The translations under genes were made by a program, and so were the position numbers. Source: Camelus ferus (taxonomy: Eukaryota). Taken from it: DNA of 64,000 nucleotides. A model generated the notes under the pieces. The model was not told where the DNA came from. It made no database searches and saw nothing but the letters and a program-made list of their open reading frames with translations. Of the stretch, positions 25,332-39,361 are shown piece after piece; the stretch's first letter is position 1; each line of letters begins with the position of its first letter. Where the stretch lies: the NCBI RefSeq assembly GCF_009834535.1, contig NC_045696.1, forward strand, positions 29,142,001 to 29,206,000, written 5' to 3'.

Positions 25332-27851
25332 CAGACTGGCCCTCCCTCTCTAAACAATACAGAGTTGAACAAAATAAGTGCTCCTTAAGTGGAAGTGGAT
25401 CATCATAAAGGCCTTCATCCCCATCTTCACTCTGAGTAAGCTGAGGAGGAGGAGGAGGAAGAGGAGGAGCTGGTCTTGCTGTCTCAGGAGTGGCAGAGGC
25501 GGAAAAGGTGGAGAAGAAGGGGAGGCAGGAGAGGCAGGCACACTCTGTGTAACTTTATGGAAATACATCATGATTTCTATGTGATTGTTTTGCTTTTTCA
25601 TTTCTCTAAAAATGTTTCTAAAGTGTTACAATCCTTCTTTCACTACCTTCTTTAGTTTTAGTGCCTGTATCATAGAAGGGTCCATGTCATAAAAAAAGTC
25701 AAAAGCAGTCCTGAATAGCTGGAGCCCTTCTGTCAGACTGTCTAATGTCAATGTGTTTTCCTGACACTATTTCTTCTACATCTTCTTCCTCATCGTCTGG
25801 CACTGGTTCACAAGCACTCATCTCCATCCAGTTGTCTTCTGTTAATTCTTCTGGTGTAGTGTCTGTTAACTCCTGAATTTCTCCAAGATTTATATCTTTA
25901 CATCTTTCACTCATCACTTTTTTTTTCCATATCCACCATCTCTTTCATGGTTTCCTTGATTGGATCTGTCATAAATCCTATAAAGTCATGTACAACATCT
26001 GGACACAGCTGTCTCCAGCAAGAATTTATTGTTTCAGGTTTGATGAATTTCATGGTTTTTCTGTAACAACGATGTCATCATCAATACTGTAATCCTTTCA
26101 GACTTTCATGATTTTTGCCCTATTAGGATTTTCTTCCATAGAATTGACAATTCTTTTCATATAGTACCATGTATAATGAGCCTTAAAGGTCCTTATGATC
26201 TCTGACCTAAAGGCTGAATTAGGTGTATTGTTTTGGGGGTGTAGACCCCACAGTAGACCACTTTGATGCCTTCAGTGTTGAATGCATGGGGTTCTGAGTG
26301 GCCAGGGGCATTGCCTGTTATCAAAAGAATCTTAAAAGGCAATCTATTACTAGTAAGATACTTCCTGACTTCAGGGACAAAGCATAGATAGAAACAATCC
26401 AGAAAAAGGTTCTCATTGTCCAAGCCTTCTTGTTATACAACCCAAAGACTGGCAGGTGGTGTTTGTCTTTTCCATTCAAGACTTGGGGGTTAACAAATTT
26501 ATAAATAAGAGTGGTTCTGGTCATAAACCCACTGCATTTGCACAAAACAGTAGAGTCAGCCTATCCATGCCTTAACTTGAGTTGTTCACTTCTCTTCCTT
26601 ACTAATAAAGGTCCTCTGTGGCATTTATTTTCCAGAATAGGGCATTCATCTGCATTTAAATCCTGTTCAAGCAGTTATCTGTTCTCTTCAACAATTTTCT
26701 TAGTGGAGTCTGGGAATTCATCTGTTCTTGGTCAGCAGAAGCTGCTTCTCCTCTTACTTGACATTTTTTAAGCTGAACCTCTTCCTAAAATTATCAAACC
26801 ATTCTTTGGTGGCATCAAATTCCCCAGTTTTAGATCCTTCGCCTTCCTTTTACTTTGAGTTGACACATAATGCCTTCACTTTTTCCCAAATATTGTTAGA
26901 CTCTATATGCATGCCTTTCTGATAGCAATCCTGCACCCACATAAAAGCTAAATTTTCAACAGAAGAGGAAAAAAAGGTATTTTCCTAAAGTGCAAGATTT
27001 TCATGCCTGCTGGTGTAGTGTAGGGATGGCTTCATAAATTTCCTTTTTCTTCTTCTTCTTTTTTTTTTTTTTTTTTTACATTGATCCTTATGCTGGATTT
27101 ACTTATATTGAAATGGCTGGCAACCGCAGCTGCAGACCTCAATCCCTGGTACATATCAAGCAATTCAACTTTTTCTTATAAGGTCGTGACTTTTCGCTGC
27201 TTCTTGGGAGCACTTCCAGTATCACTAGTGGCACTTTGTATGGCTACCATGTTGTTATTCAAAGTTTACAGTGCTTTTTTAAACACAATGAAAAATACAA
27301 AAGAACCAGGAGAGATCACTTTTTCCTGAGCTACACAATTTACTGGAGAGACAAACTGCTCGTGCAGAGATGATTGGCATCACGTGGAGTTTTAAAAGGA
27401 TACTTTCATCACTTGAGCTCAACACAAGAACAATAGGAAGTGGCTATGAAATTACTATGGTAGTACAGTATGTACTACAGTTAATTTTATGTAGTTATGA
27501 TTTAATACTGCATCTTTATGTTTGTTTACATTTCTCTCTACTGAGAATGGAGCCATGTATAGTCTGTCGTGTTTGTGTGTGTGTTTTGATAAATTTTAAC
27601 TTTTTATAATAGATTCGTATATATTTTATGGTAGTAAATGATAAAGTAGACTAGTATCTACATATCTTGTATACATTCATGATACACCTAACTTTTTCTT
27701 AATTTTTTTTTTGATATTTCTAGGCTACATGGTTTGTGAGTTTTTTCAAATTGTCTCAAATCTTCAAAAAAAATTCCAATATATTTATGGAAGAAATCCA
27801 CACATCAGTGGACCCATGTAGTTCAAACCCAGGTTGTTGAAGGGTCAACTG
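25332..27851 (-). mobile_element. Near full-length Tigger2-type (TcMar/pogo) DNA transposon
   Basis: Right TIR on the minus strand CAGTTGACCCTTCAACAACCTGGG flanked by TA; left TIR degenerate; internal transposase remnants. Confidence 0.88.
25400..27200 (-). pseudogene. Disrupted pogo/Tigger DDE transposase
   Basis: Fragments in several frames: FDATKEWFDNFRKRF, FKCR/NADE region, LPVFGLYNKKAWT, PFKILLITGNAPGH, LIQPLGQ and an acidic C-terminus. Frameshifted, with the expected Asp of DNAPGH and QPLDQ read as Gly. Confidence 0.85.
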
Positions 27852-28828
27852 TAGTACGAAAGTGGTCAATGCATAATTGTTGAATGTATAATGTCTCAGC
27901 AATACTTACTAGCAGGAAAAACAAACAAAAAGTTTCCAATAAGCTGCAAAAAAAATAAAGCAATAAAGTACAAAGAACCATCAGAACTAGAACAGATTTC
28001 AAATAAGTGTCCATCCATGAGCCATAGAGCATGATTGAAGAACAAAACATCTCAGCATGGTAAGATTGCCAGGCAAACATCAGCTTTTCTAAGACAGAAG
28101 TATTATTCTGGATGCCCTCTTGAGAAAAGCAAAGAGCTTTAATATGTTCCGTTATCTTCAGACTTGAAACATGGTAACTGCAATCTTTTCTTTATAAGCA
28201 CTACACGACCAAATTAACTTACAAAAGGTTCGGAGGAGAAAAATCATCCAAAGGACTATAACAGGCATATTGGAGCCAATTAGGAACACATGATAGGCTA
28301 GGTTCAGTCATTAGAAGGTTTCACGCCAGTGATCAGCTTCAGATGCTGACACCTGTGGGACATTCAGTATCTCTCTGTGGGCTCTCTGTTTATGGACAAG
28401 GAGCTTAACAGGAAGTAAACAACAGGAGGTGGGACCATCCTCTATCAGTCTCAGAGATGATAATGGCTCTCCCAGCACAGAGCTGATTAGACAGACATGT
28501 TGAACAGGGAAAAAAAAATATTGTAAATTGGGCAGCATGCCAGCTCTCTCCTGAGTCAGCAGTTCCACGTCTGACTTTATTATAGTTCAAATTAAAATAA
28601 GGGCACAAAGTAGACAGAGTTGATAGCAGGTCAAGTTTATGTAACTCTTTCCTCACCCCAAATATCTTCCTTGGTAAATGACCAGTGAATCTGAAATCCC
28701 TAGTAAGGAATCAATGAGTAAAGACTTTCACAGAAATAGATACACTTAAACTAACTTTTAAAACTTTCAAAAATAACATTGTCTAGGTGAGTTAGAAGAT
28801 GTTTAACAATCACAAATTAGTTTATCTA

Positions 28829-29170
28829 AGTTAATAAACAACAAATCCAAAAGGGACCTACTTATGCTAAACCCCAGGTCACCAAACCAAGACTTAATTA
28901 TAGTTTGGGCTCTCCTAGAAATGGAATCTTAAACTGGTCAGCTAGGAATTGCCTGATCAGCGCTAGTAAGGCCATCTGCCATCTTCCAAAGGAAAGTGAC
29001 CTTGCTATAATCAACCCACTTTTTCACCTGGTATAACTCCCTTGTTCCCACTCCCTCTGGCTATAAGCATCTTTCATTTTGCACAGGTTCTTAGTGCTCC
29101 TTTCTGTTTACTACATCAGATGCTGCCTGATTAATAAAAATTTTAATATGCCTCAGTTTATCTTTTAACA
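28829..29170 (+). mobile_element. Probable ERV1-class solo LTR
   Basis: TATA-like CTATAAG at ~29062, AATAAA at ~29133, ends CTTTTAACA; left end uncertain. Confidence 0.6.
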
Positions 29171-31859
29171 TTAATAAAGGTCATTTGATGGCATGAGTTT
29201 CCAGAGAATGGTATTTGAGTTTTGGCTATAGCCATATGGAGAAAATGTTTATACTGGAACCAGAGCTACTTGATCATATAAGGTCGAGACAAAGAGAGAG
29301 AACATCAGTGAGTTACAGACATCTTACATAGGAGACAAGTGAGGTTTAGCCACAATGAATAAACAACTAGACACATTTTTAATAATTATAAGAAATGGTG
29401 GCAAGATAACTACTTTGGATTACCTTGTTCATACTAAATTGCCCCAAATAAAGACTTCAACTCATCTTGTTTCTTAGTTTGTACCTGAACTTCCAGAAGA
29501 AACCCTGTTGTTTCTATAATTTTTTTTCCCTCAATACCAAAATACTCTCGGTCCATCTGAAGTTCCTTGTATTCCAGAAATAATCCATTTGACACAATGA
29601 TTCTCGTCATCTCTCTTCTAAATAATTGTAATTCTCCTACATACTTCTTCTAAATTGAAATTAAGGTGTCACTTTGCCTAAGAAGTCTCTAAAACCTTAG
29701 CCTTCAGAAAAATGATTTCCAAAAAATCCTGATTTGATGTCTACCTCAATCAGATACACCTGTGCCCCTTTACCTCACAGATCAAAGGATCTGCCAGAAT
29801 GACTTTGTTATTGTGCCTCCACAGCTGACTTCCTGTTACAGATATTGGCATATATTATGTGAGCCCGTGTTTACAGCTCTGTGTGGTAAAAGGCATATCC
29901 ACATTCTGATTTTGTGTGATCTTGTGTATTTCAGGCATCTAAGTGAATATTCTGTGACCATTCAGGACTCAAGAACAGACTGTCCCCTAATGAATAGGAT
30001 GGAATTGGAACACATCTCTTCACATTCACTGACTGAGATTAATTTGACAAATACCCATTAGACCAGCCAACATCTTGCTCAGTTACTCCTATTTGCTTTA
30101 ATTTATTTAGCAAAAGACCCTGATCTATCAAGTTAAATGCCTTGATCGTTCATCAGCTCGCAGATAGTAAAGTGTCCCAGTCTACAACCAGATTATCAAT
30201 CTGTAAAAGGTGAACATGTGGGTAACTCATTTAACTGAGCAAGGTCTAAAGCTTCTAATATTTTAAGTTACTTGGAGGCCACGGCTGAGCTATAATCTTC
30301 TCCTTGTCAAACATTACAAACTTATAAGCAGACATTTGTTTCCATGAACAAACCAAGCTCCAAACAAATGTATTTTCCCCTGCAGTTCATTCCTGACTAG
30401 GTATTTATTCAGGAGATCTTCATTCTGCTATTATATTGGATATACTTTGGTTTGTGCACAGAAATTATACTGTTATGACAGCTCTATTATTTTTACTGGT
30501 TGGCTTGCAGCAATTTATCTTACAGTACATGAGGAATTTATTTTTTTAATTGGCTCTGCTTTTCTCTATGAATGTGTTTATGAGGTACTATAGCAGTTCA
30601 ACATTTGAACGTTTCAGTGTTTTCCACCAATTTGGTAATCTTGTAAACAGTGGTGCTTCTGAAGGGCCTCTAAGCAGTTTTGAAAACATATTAAAAAGAA
30701 AAAGCTAGTAAATTTAGTTTTATCTTTTAATGCTTTTTTAATACTGTCAACCTAATATTGGTTTTAACTATACATAAAGGATGCAGTGATATTTGGGCTC
30801 AAAGATGTAACTAAATAAGAACAATTCTGATTAAAATTTAGGCATTTTAAATCCCTTTAAACTTCATTGAAACTAATAAAAGAATTGTTATTAAAGAAAC
30901 AGAATATTAGTTTTCTGCTGCTAATATTACCATAAGAGCCTGCACAACTAGTAGCTTAGCACATCAAAGATCAAAGAGCTGACATCCCAGTATTCTACTT
31001 TTATTTCAGAATGCTTATTAACTCAGGTAACTGGTAATGAACTAGTTTTTCACCGTTGAACCAAAATTTAAAAGCTAAATAATTTCACAGGTAGAACTGT
31101 GTTTAAGTCCATTAGTTTTTATGGATCTTAGCACAGATATACAGCTTAATCAGTTAAAACACATTTTTGGTAATCTAAATCCATTAATAAGAATCTCTAA
31201 AATATATTGCAATTATTAAATACATAGCTCAAGCATTTATTATATACCGTTTTATTACAAAATAGCTTCAAATAAACCAAACAGGCACTCTAAGTTAGAT
31301 TTCGATACAACTTAGTAGCACATAATAACATTTCATCCAAAAATTCAACTACTTGTAACACAGGCAAATGCAACTTATTAGACTTATATTTACATTTATT
31401 CAGCAAATATTTAATAAATGTTTTAATATCCTTAGCAATAGTTTTTCATTGTCTCTTTATGTGTACACTAAAAATGCAGTATTAAGTAGAATACCATAAA
31501 TGTGTCACTTTCTGATAGTGTTAACAAAGTACTTCAAAAGCCCACTGGAGAGAGAGAATTTTCAAAGAGTAGGTGTAGAGAGAATAAGACATGACAAATG
31601 AGGTGAAAGGCAATTCAGAAGAAAGAAATAGCCTGATAAATAAAATAAAGAAACAGGTAAATTTCATCTGACCTCTAATTCATAACCAGGTGACCACAGA
31701 GTATCTGAAGGAGAAAATGTATCAGTACATGGCACCATAAGGCACAAAGTGAGTCTCACTAGCTATGTGTTAGAAATCAACTGCCTTGAGTCCCACCTCA
31801 GACCAATTAAACCAAATGTAGTAACTGCAGGTTCAAACATACTTGGGGTATGTCCCACT

Positions 31860-34228
31860 GAATCTTGTTTGCCTTACCACAGCCAACCTTGTCTTTGGAA
31901 ATTTAACTTATGCTCTTAAAACACCTCATCTGCTCCTTACTGCTGCTGTATGGTTAAGCCTTATTTTTCTCTCATGTACTGAAAATTTTATCACCAAGGT
32001 AATAGACTTCATCTCTATCCTTGATCCTGCTATAGTTTAAAAAAAAATGCCAGGATATCTTTGTTTCTAAATTTCTTTAGTTTGTCACCTCCAGTCACCT
32101 TTTCCTGAACTTAGTCTGATGGTCACATGTTGAATTCTGCTATCATCACTTGCTGTACTTCTGGAGCCATTAATTCAGTAATTCTAGTCCCTGATGAAAA
32201 CCTTCTGGATTTTCTGCTCACTTTCTCAAGTTGTTCTGCAATAATTCTTTAAATGCATCATTCCATAAATCCAATGACCATTCTATTGTCACCTACCCCT
32301 CAACTCATTTCTATTTTTATTTCTCTTCAACTCCAGCTATCATAATAAATCACTACCATTACTACCTAACAAGCATCCTCAGCTTCATTGTACCCTCTTT
32401 CTTTCTTGTTTTTAAAAATTAACCTTTAATTAACTCAACAACCTGCTCCTTCATGACTGTAATCCAAAAGATAAACAGGACTGGAGAGGATTTGCAGAAC
32501 CAGTGATATTGGTATTGCTATAATTCATGATCTCTAATCTCACCTAAGCTTTCAACATTGTCCAGTTTCTTTAAAACCATATTTCTCAGTAATTTTTTTC
32601 TCCTATTCTTTGTAAGATATATTCCATGAAACTGTGTTTAAACTTCCCCACCTCACTGTCCACCTCAGAAGATAACTATGTCATAAGTAATTTGTGTACC
32701 AGCCTCTGCCCTTCTCTTCTAATCATCAATCATCACTTACACTGTACTGGCTATTTTCATTAGAATAAATACGGTGACCCCAATTCCTCTCCATTTTATC
32801 TGTCCATTTAAAGCTAAACTCTACAATTGCCTTCACTTCCTTCAGTCACATACTTTCCTGAATTCAGTTCATTTAAGTTTTTACCAGTTACCTTCACTTT
32901 GTTAAATCCAAGGATCAGTTCTTAGCATCTTACTTCACCTATCAGCAACACTTGAGGTTGCTGGTCACTTCTACCTTCTTGAAACACATTTTAATTTGGT
33001 TTCAAGGGCACTAAGTTGATTTCCTCCTGTTTTAAAAAATCACTGCTCCTTCTTAGTCTCCCTTATTGGTTGGTGCTCATTTTCCTGACCTCAGAAACTT
33101 GTAGTGCCATATATCTCAGTCCTAAACTTTTCTTCTTTCTACCTACACTCACTTTCTATCTACATACATTCAATCTCATAACTCTAAATGCCATCTACCT
33201 GCTGCTTTATAAAATTTTTATTTTCAGCCTAGAAATTCTCTTCTAAACTCTGGATTAATATTTAAAATATTAGCTATGAGTCACTTCATATCTTCACCTA
33301 AATATCTAGTAGATATTTCATATTTAAGTAAGAGAATACATAATCCTAATGTTCTCTCTCCACCTTCACCCCAAAATTCTTCATCTCAATAATGAAGTCT
33401 CCATCCACCAGTTGTTCAGTCTAAAAATCTCAGAGTCATTCTTAACTCCTATTTTTTCTCACAACATGTACTCAATTAGTTGGTGAATCCTATCTTTAAA
33501 ATATATCCAGAATTTCATTATACACACTATCAAAATATACCCAGAGTCATATTTCTCATTTAATTCATTACTGCCACCAAGAATCAAACTTGGATTATCT
33601 CAATTCTTTAAACTCATGAGTACCTCTAAGCCAAAAACTCTCTACTTTTTATGTAAATGGTCTCTTGATTTCATCTTTGCCTACTTCAGTCTATTTTCAA
33701 TATAGCAGCCAGAGGGCTTCTGTTAAATAAAACTAAAATCATGTTTTTCCTCTGCTTAAAAACTTCCAGTGTCTTCCTGGGTCAGCTGGAGTAAAAGTTA
33801 CTCTCTATGCCAGAATCACAGACATTTCTTAATTCTTTATTGAACGCTCCAGGCACATTCTCACATTAGGGACTTAGCATTTTTCCTTCCTTTGGTCTGG
33901 AATGTCCATTCCCCAGATATCTGCTCACGCTTAACCTCCTTCAGATCTCACTTTCTCTGTAAGACCTTTTCTGATTATTCAATTTAAAAGTACAATCTCT
34001 CTGGATTCTTTACTCCCATTCCCAGCTTTATTTCTCTCCACAGCCCTTCTCATATTTCATGTATTACATATTTACCTTTTTATCTGGAGTGTTGTATGTC
34101 TCCCTACCTCTTAGCATAAGGCCTATAATCAAAGGCAATGTTTTTTAGGTCATTAATTTTGTGTATTTCTATGCCCCCAATATTTAATATGGTGAATAGT
34201 AGATATTTAATAAAACATTAAATGAATA
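31860..34228 (+). mobile_element. L2 element (3' part of ORF2 to tail), fragmented
   Basis: CT-rich strand with L2 motifs (TCAATATAGCAGCCAGAG, CTCTGCTTAAAAACTTCCAGTG, TCTGGAATGTCCATTCCCCAGATATC); ends TTTAATAAAACATTAAATGAATA. Confidence 0.8.
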
Positions 34229-34349
34229 CACTAATATGTCATCAAACAAAAAAATCCATCATATTATCTTTCTTATTCCCAAATCTGAACATTTATTTTC
34301 ATCTGGCTCCATTCTCTTTTTCTTTCATATTCTTACTTAGAGGAGCTAG

Positions 34350-34530
34350 CCCTGCCAATGAACTTGTGAGGTGGGTACTATGGTTATCACTGCTTACCAA
34401 TGGGAAACTGTACAATAGAGTGGTTAAATCATCTACTTTATATCAAACCTGGATCCAGTTAGTGTGAAACCCAAGAATTGTACCCAGGTAGATTAATTCC
34501 AAAGCACTGTTAAAAACCACACTCTACTCT
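34350..34530 (-). mobile_element. MIR SINE fragment
   Basis: TGTGAGGTGGGTACTATG...AATGGGAAACTG...ACCCAGGTAGATTAATTCCAAAGC. Confidence 0.6.
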
Positions 34531-34619
34531 TCCTCTAATGTTATTGATATATTTAATTTCTGGGAGCTCTTCAGTATGTTCCCCTGATTCTTCTAGAACT
34601 ATCTTACATTTATATTATC

Positions 34620-35350
34620 TTACGTATAAATGCTGGAGTTCCTTGAAAATCGGTCCTGAATTCTTTTTACCATCTTTGTGCATCTTATATGTTGCCTTAT
34701 CTCTGGTAACTTGCAATACCACTGATCTGCCAACTTCTCAATGTCACTATTCTGAAAGACTGCTCTTCTAAATGAACTTGACAGTTTCACCTCACTCTCT
34801 CATAGATTCTTAAATACATGTTCAAAATTTAACTCATGGTTCCTGCCTACTGTTCAAACCTGTTTTACCCCCAATGTTTCCCATCTCAATTACTGGCATC
34901 TCCATCCATCCAAATTCTCCAGTCAGAAAACTGGAATTCCTTCTTGACATCTTCTTCTCTCTCATTTGTCTCATTCAATCTGTTAATAAATCATCTTGAT
35001 TCTAACCTCCCCAAATTTTGAGTCCTTTCATTCTCTCCATCTCCACTGCCACAATTCAAACCATTATTTCTTTCAAGTATGTACAAAGAAAATAGCTTCT
35101 TATCTATTTTTCATACTTCTACTGTTACTTTTTGCCAAACCATTCTCTATGGGAACAACACACTGTCTTGCCTAAAATTGTCTGTTAATTCTCCATTTTC
35201 CTTAGTATTAGATTTTTAAAAATTTCTACTAGCCTTAAAAATCTTACAACTGGCCCCCTGTCTACCTCTCCAAGCTGATCTATCCCCATTCTTTCCACAC
35301 ACTATACTCCAAGTGTATTGGCCTAATTGCAGTTCTACATATATTCCATT
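34620..35350 (+). mobile_element. L2 fragment
   Basis: CATGTTCAAAATTTAACTCATG, CCATCCATCCAAATTCTCCAGTCAGAAAACTGG, CTCTCCATCTCCACTGCCAC. Confidence 0.7.
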
Positions 35351-36969
35351 AGTGCATACCGACTGAAAAGAGTGGCAAAGAGCCATTGTCCCCAAGATTC
35401 TTCTCTGGAAGAAAGGTTGGCCCTGAATTATAAGAAGGAATAATTAGATAAGTAATTTCATGGAGGCAGACAAGAATAAGCCTTATAAGCTTGCTTTATA
35501 AAAAAAGAAAACAAACTACTTGTTATTAGCATTCAAATACATAATAAATGTAGGTTATCTATAGGGTACAGATATACTCTATTTAACTGAAGATTAGCTG
35601 TGATTTTGTAAACCTGTGAATAAAATAACAAATGATATTGTATATGTTAAATTTTTGACATAATATTCCCACCCTATCTTATAAATTTGATCACTTTATA
35701 AAAGTAAGAAGAAAAGGTACTTATTCTCTTATTACCTTTCTAACTCAATAAGTGCTCACTTAAAAAATGGGCACATGAGAGAGGTATAGATAGAAAATCT
35801 ATAATATCTATATAATTTAATAGTTCAATAATTATTTCATTAAATATTTTGATGATATAATTATATGTAGAATATGTTATCACTTTAAGATTTTGAAGAA
35901 TTTAGTATTAAAGGGTAAGTATGAGAGATGATATTTTATCTTTAATATAAGAAAATATAACCCATTAAGAATAATAGTTATATCTTTAATAGAAGAGATA
36001 TATCTATAAGACATGAAGGAGAAGCACTTTACTATAAAAATCATATGCCAAATGCAAGAAAACAAGAATTAGTCAGTTTTTCAGATGTGGTCAGCAGATT
36101 TCTGTCATATAAATCCTTTTGGTGCACTGTATTGTAAACTGTAAAGAAGGAACATACACTAAAATACTGTATTATTTACATCCTTATGACAATATAGAAT
36201 TAGAATTAATGATTTTATTGTAAAATAATTTTTTAAGATTTCTTTTTTATGAAAACAAACATTATTTACTGTGAAAATGTTTAAATGCTAGGTTTTAATT
36301 AATAAACATGTATTGTAAATAATAGAGCAAACGTTGTAAAGAACATCCCCTGAGGTTCAGAATGGAAACAAGTTAAGTACATAGATAATAATAAATAAAA
36401 GAGCTACCAAAGTGGTAATGCTTCCTTGCCCTCCCTCCCCTCATTTGTATCCAGGATATAGAACTGAAGAATAAAAAAAGTACAATTTTAGAGTCACAGG
36501 TTTATCATACATGCAGGTAGGATTACTAAATTTAAAATGTAAATGCAAATCAAGACTTTAAAATAGGTCAACAAATAATCCAATAAGTAAAAAATAATTT
36601 CTAATAATGAGTGAATTAAAGCTGAAATGAGATATTATCTTTTAAATAATGATAAAGGCAATCTTGCAAAAAGTATGTTTTAAAAATAAAAGTTGTACAA
36701 AGAAGAAAAATCCATAGATATTTTTAATAGAAGTTCAGGAAGGATTTGGTAGCGAAAGAAAGTAAAATATAAAATAAAATAGGAATTCCTATTGTTACTA
36801 AAAAATGCACTTCTGCTGAAAATAAAACTCAATATTAATAATAAAAGGTATAAAGGTGTTCATGTTTTAGGAAGAGAAGGTAAAGGAAGTTTCATTAAGA
36901 TCAAGAAATGTTTAGGGCTATTTCGCCTTTGTTTCTAACAACAGGTCATATATTTATTTACTAATTTGT

Positions 36970-37085
36970 TTTCTTATTCATTCAATTTATATTTATCAAG
37001 CACTACCTAGTGCCAGATATTGCTAGGTGATAAGGTCACAGAGGTGGAAAACAAAGCCTGTATCTTCAAAGACTCAGCATAGTAT
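36970..37085 (-). mobile_element. L2 3' tail fragment
   Basis: ATTCATTCAATTTATATTTATCAAGCACTACCTAGTGCCAGATATTGCTAGG. Confidence 0.65.
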
Positions 37086-37340
37086 GTAATGCAGTTGAAG
37101 ATGGGAAAAAATTTTTTTAAGTATTGCAATAGGTACTTCAAAAGTTAGAATAGCTTCAATATCAGCAGGGAAGATAAATTTATGAATTCAAAAATTCAGT
37201 AACTCTCCTTAAAACTAACTGGAAAAGACCTCATGATGCCAAGATAATTGATGAATATCAAATGTATGAAAACTATTTAATTATCTATGATTTTCCTACT
37301 GGATTTCAACAGAGGGTGAGAATCAGAGTCAATGGAGCAT

Positions 37341-38613
37341 TGCATTAGTTAGCATTTCTATGTGTCAAATTACCCAAAATTTAGCAGGTTAAAATAGTAA
37401 AACTGTACTATTTCATAATTCCAAGGGTCAGGAATCCCCCCCCCCCAAATCTCATTCTTTTATAGATTCAGATAAAAGTCTTGAATATTATTACCTAAAT
37501 CAAGTTCAGAAGTGAATGAGTCTCCTCAGATAAAATTTAGCTATAGCTTCTCATATATTGTTTCTCTCAATCTGTATACCATTGTGAAATAAAAAGACAC
37601 ATTAGCTCATTTCAAACACCCAATACAGAACGGTGGAATAGGCATAGATAACTGCTATAGATATTAAATGAGGGTCACAAAAGAGTCACTGGTCCATAGC
37701 AGTTTTTAAATCCAGCCAGACAAATGCTGGATGTTTCCTGATGAGAATTCAAGACCTAGAAATAACTATCCATGGCCCTTAGTTTTTCCTTCTTGATTTT
37801 ACTCTTTAAGTAGACTTTCCATTTTTAGGAAATGTAGCATAAGTTTGCAAATGAATAGTTTTCTCAGCCTTCTTCCTGCCAACAGAATTTGGGACTGTCT
37901 CCCTGCTTTCATTTTGCACTGTCTCTGTCCCTTTAGATTCAAGCTGACACTGTTTCTTCCAATATAATTTTCTCAAAAACTTTATGAGGTTTCTATGAAT
38001 ATCACTGGGGTTCAACCCCATTAGACAAATCTGTGCCCACAAATCTCTTCACAGTAAGCATTTAGCTTACAGGCCATATTATATGAGTGAGAAAATCTGT
38101 GAGTCAGAGGCACAGCTTCATCTCTAGGCCAGATTTTCTGGCAGTGCCCTGGATTTGAACTTTGCTTAGAAGTCAATTCTAAATTTCTAGAATCTTTGCC
38201 ATCTAGAAATTCTGAAAATTTTCAAAGCCATGGAGTCCTGTCTTCTTTTTTAACAGTCCTTACCTCAATTTATCTCTCTCCTCTCACATTTTACTCTATG
38301 CAACAAGAATAAATTAGGCTGAATATTCAAGACTTGCTTTATGAATATCTTTAGCTAGACCAATTAATTTACTTGCTACTTTCGACATCACTGTAGACAA
38401 CAGTGGTGCCAAGCTCTCTGCACTACAAAATAAGTACCCTTCTTCCTCCAGTTTCTAATAACATGTTGCTCATTTCCTTTTGACCTCTCTCACCAGTATT
38501 CTTCTCAAAGTCCATTTCTTATAAACAACCTATCCAATACAATTTTAAGCATTCTCTAATGCCCTCCTCAAAATCCTTACAGCTTGTGTCACTGCCTAGA
38601 ACTAAAGCCATAC

Positions 38614-38656
<43 letters not shown>

Positions 38657-39273
38657 TACATTTTTTAAATTGTTAAGGCATCTTTCTGCTTTCAAATACA
38701 AAAAACACATTATTTATCTGCTGATGTACAACAAGCACACAAAAATTGAATAGCTTAAAACAGCAAATTTTCTTTTTTCTTTGTCTCACAGTTTCAATGG
38801 GTAAGAAGTCCAGGTATGGCCTAGTTGAGTGACTTTTTCATGAAATTAAAACATTCTCTTAAAAAATTACAATCAAGTTATCGGACTGGGTAACAGTTAT
38901 CTCAGGTTCCACCTGGAAAAGGTTCCACTTTCAAGCTTAAGTATGTAGCTATTGGTAAGCTTCACATGTGTGTGATGTTGGGCCAGAAACTTTAGTACCT
39001 TGCCACATGGTCCTCTACATAGGGCAGCTGACAATTGGCTGGCCTCAAAGCAATTGAAGAAGGAAGAAACAGATCAAGATAGGACACACAAGATAGAAGC
39101 CACAGTTTATACAACGCAGTCTCATAAGTGGCATCCAATCATGTCTGCCATATTCTATTCATTAAAAGTGATTTGGCAATTTCAGTTCATATTCAAGGCG
39201 GAGGGATTACACAAAGGCATGGATAACTGACTGTGGATATCCACAGAGGCCATTGTAGAGGCAGACTACCACA
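37341..39273 (-). mobile_element. MaLR (MLT1G/H-like) provirus remnant: partial LTR, internal region, LTR
   Basis: LTR-like starts at 37341 (TGCATTAGTTAGC...CCCAAAATTTAGCAGGTTAAAA) and ~38700; MLT1-int-like sequence between them; ends GGCAGACTACCACA; flanks AGCAT / GACAT. Confidence 0.7.
38612..38660. repeat. (TA)n(CA)n microsatellite
   Basis: Directly visible. Confidence 0.95.
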
Positions 39274-39361
39274 GACATGAAAGGAGATTGGGAGTTGGTA
39301 TAACCCTATTTTCTAAAAAAAAAAAGAGAATCCAGATAAGTACCTAGAAACCCAGTAGATT

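Noticed and set aside
25378..25584. Arg-rich ORF resembling a nuclear localisation signal
   Set aside because: Antisense or alternative frame of the GAG-repeat end of the Tigger element.
29762..30061. 99-aa ORF with an acceptor-like TATTTCAG
   Set aside because: Weak pyrimidine tract, no convincing donor and no recognisable peptide.
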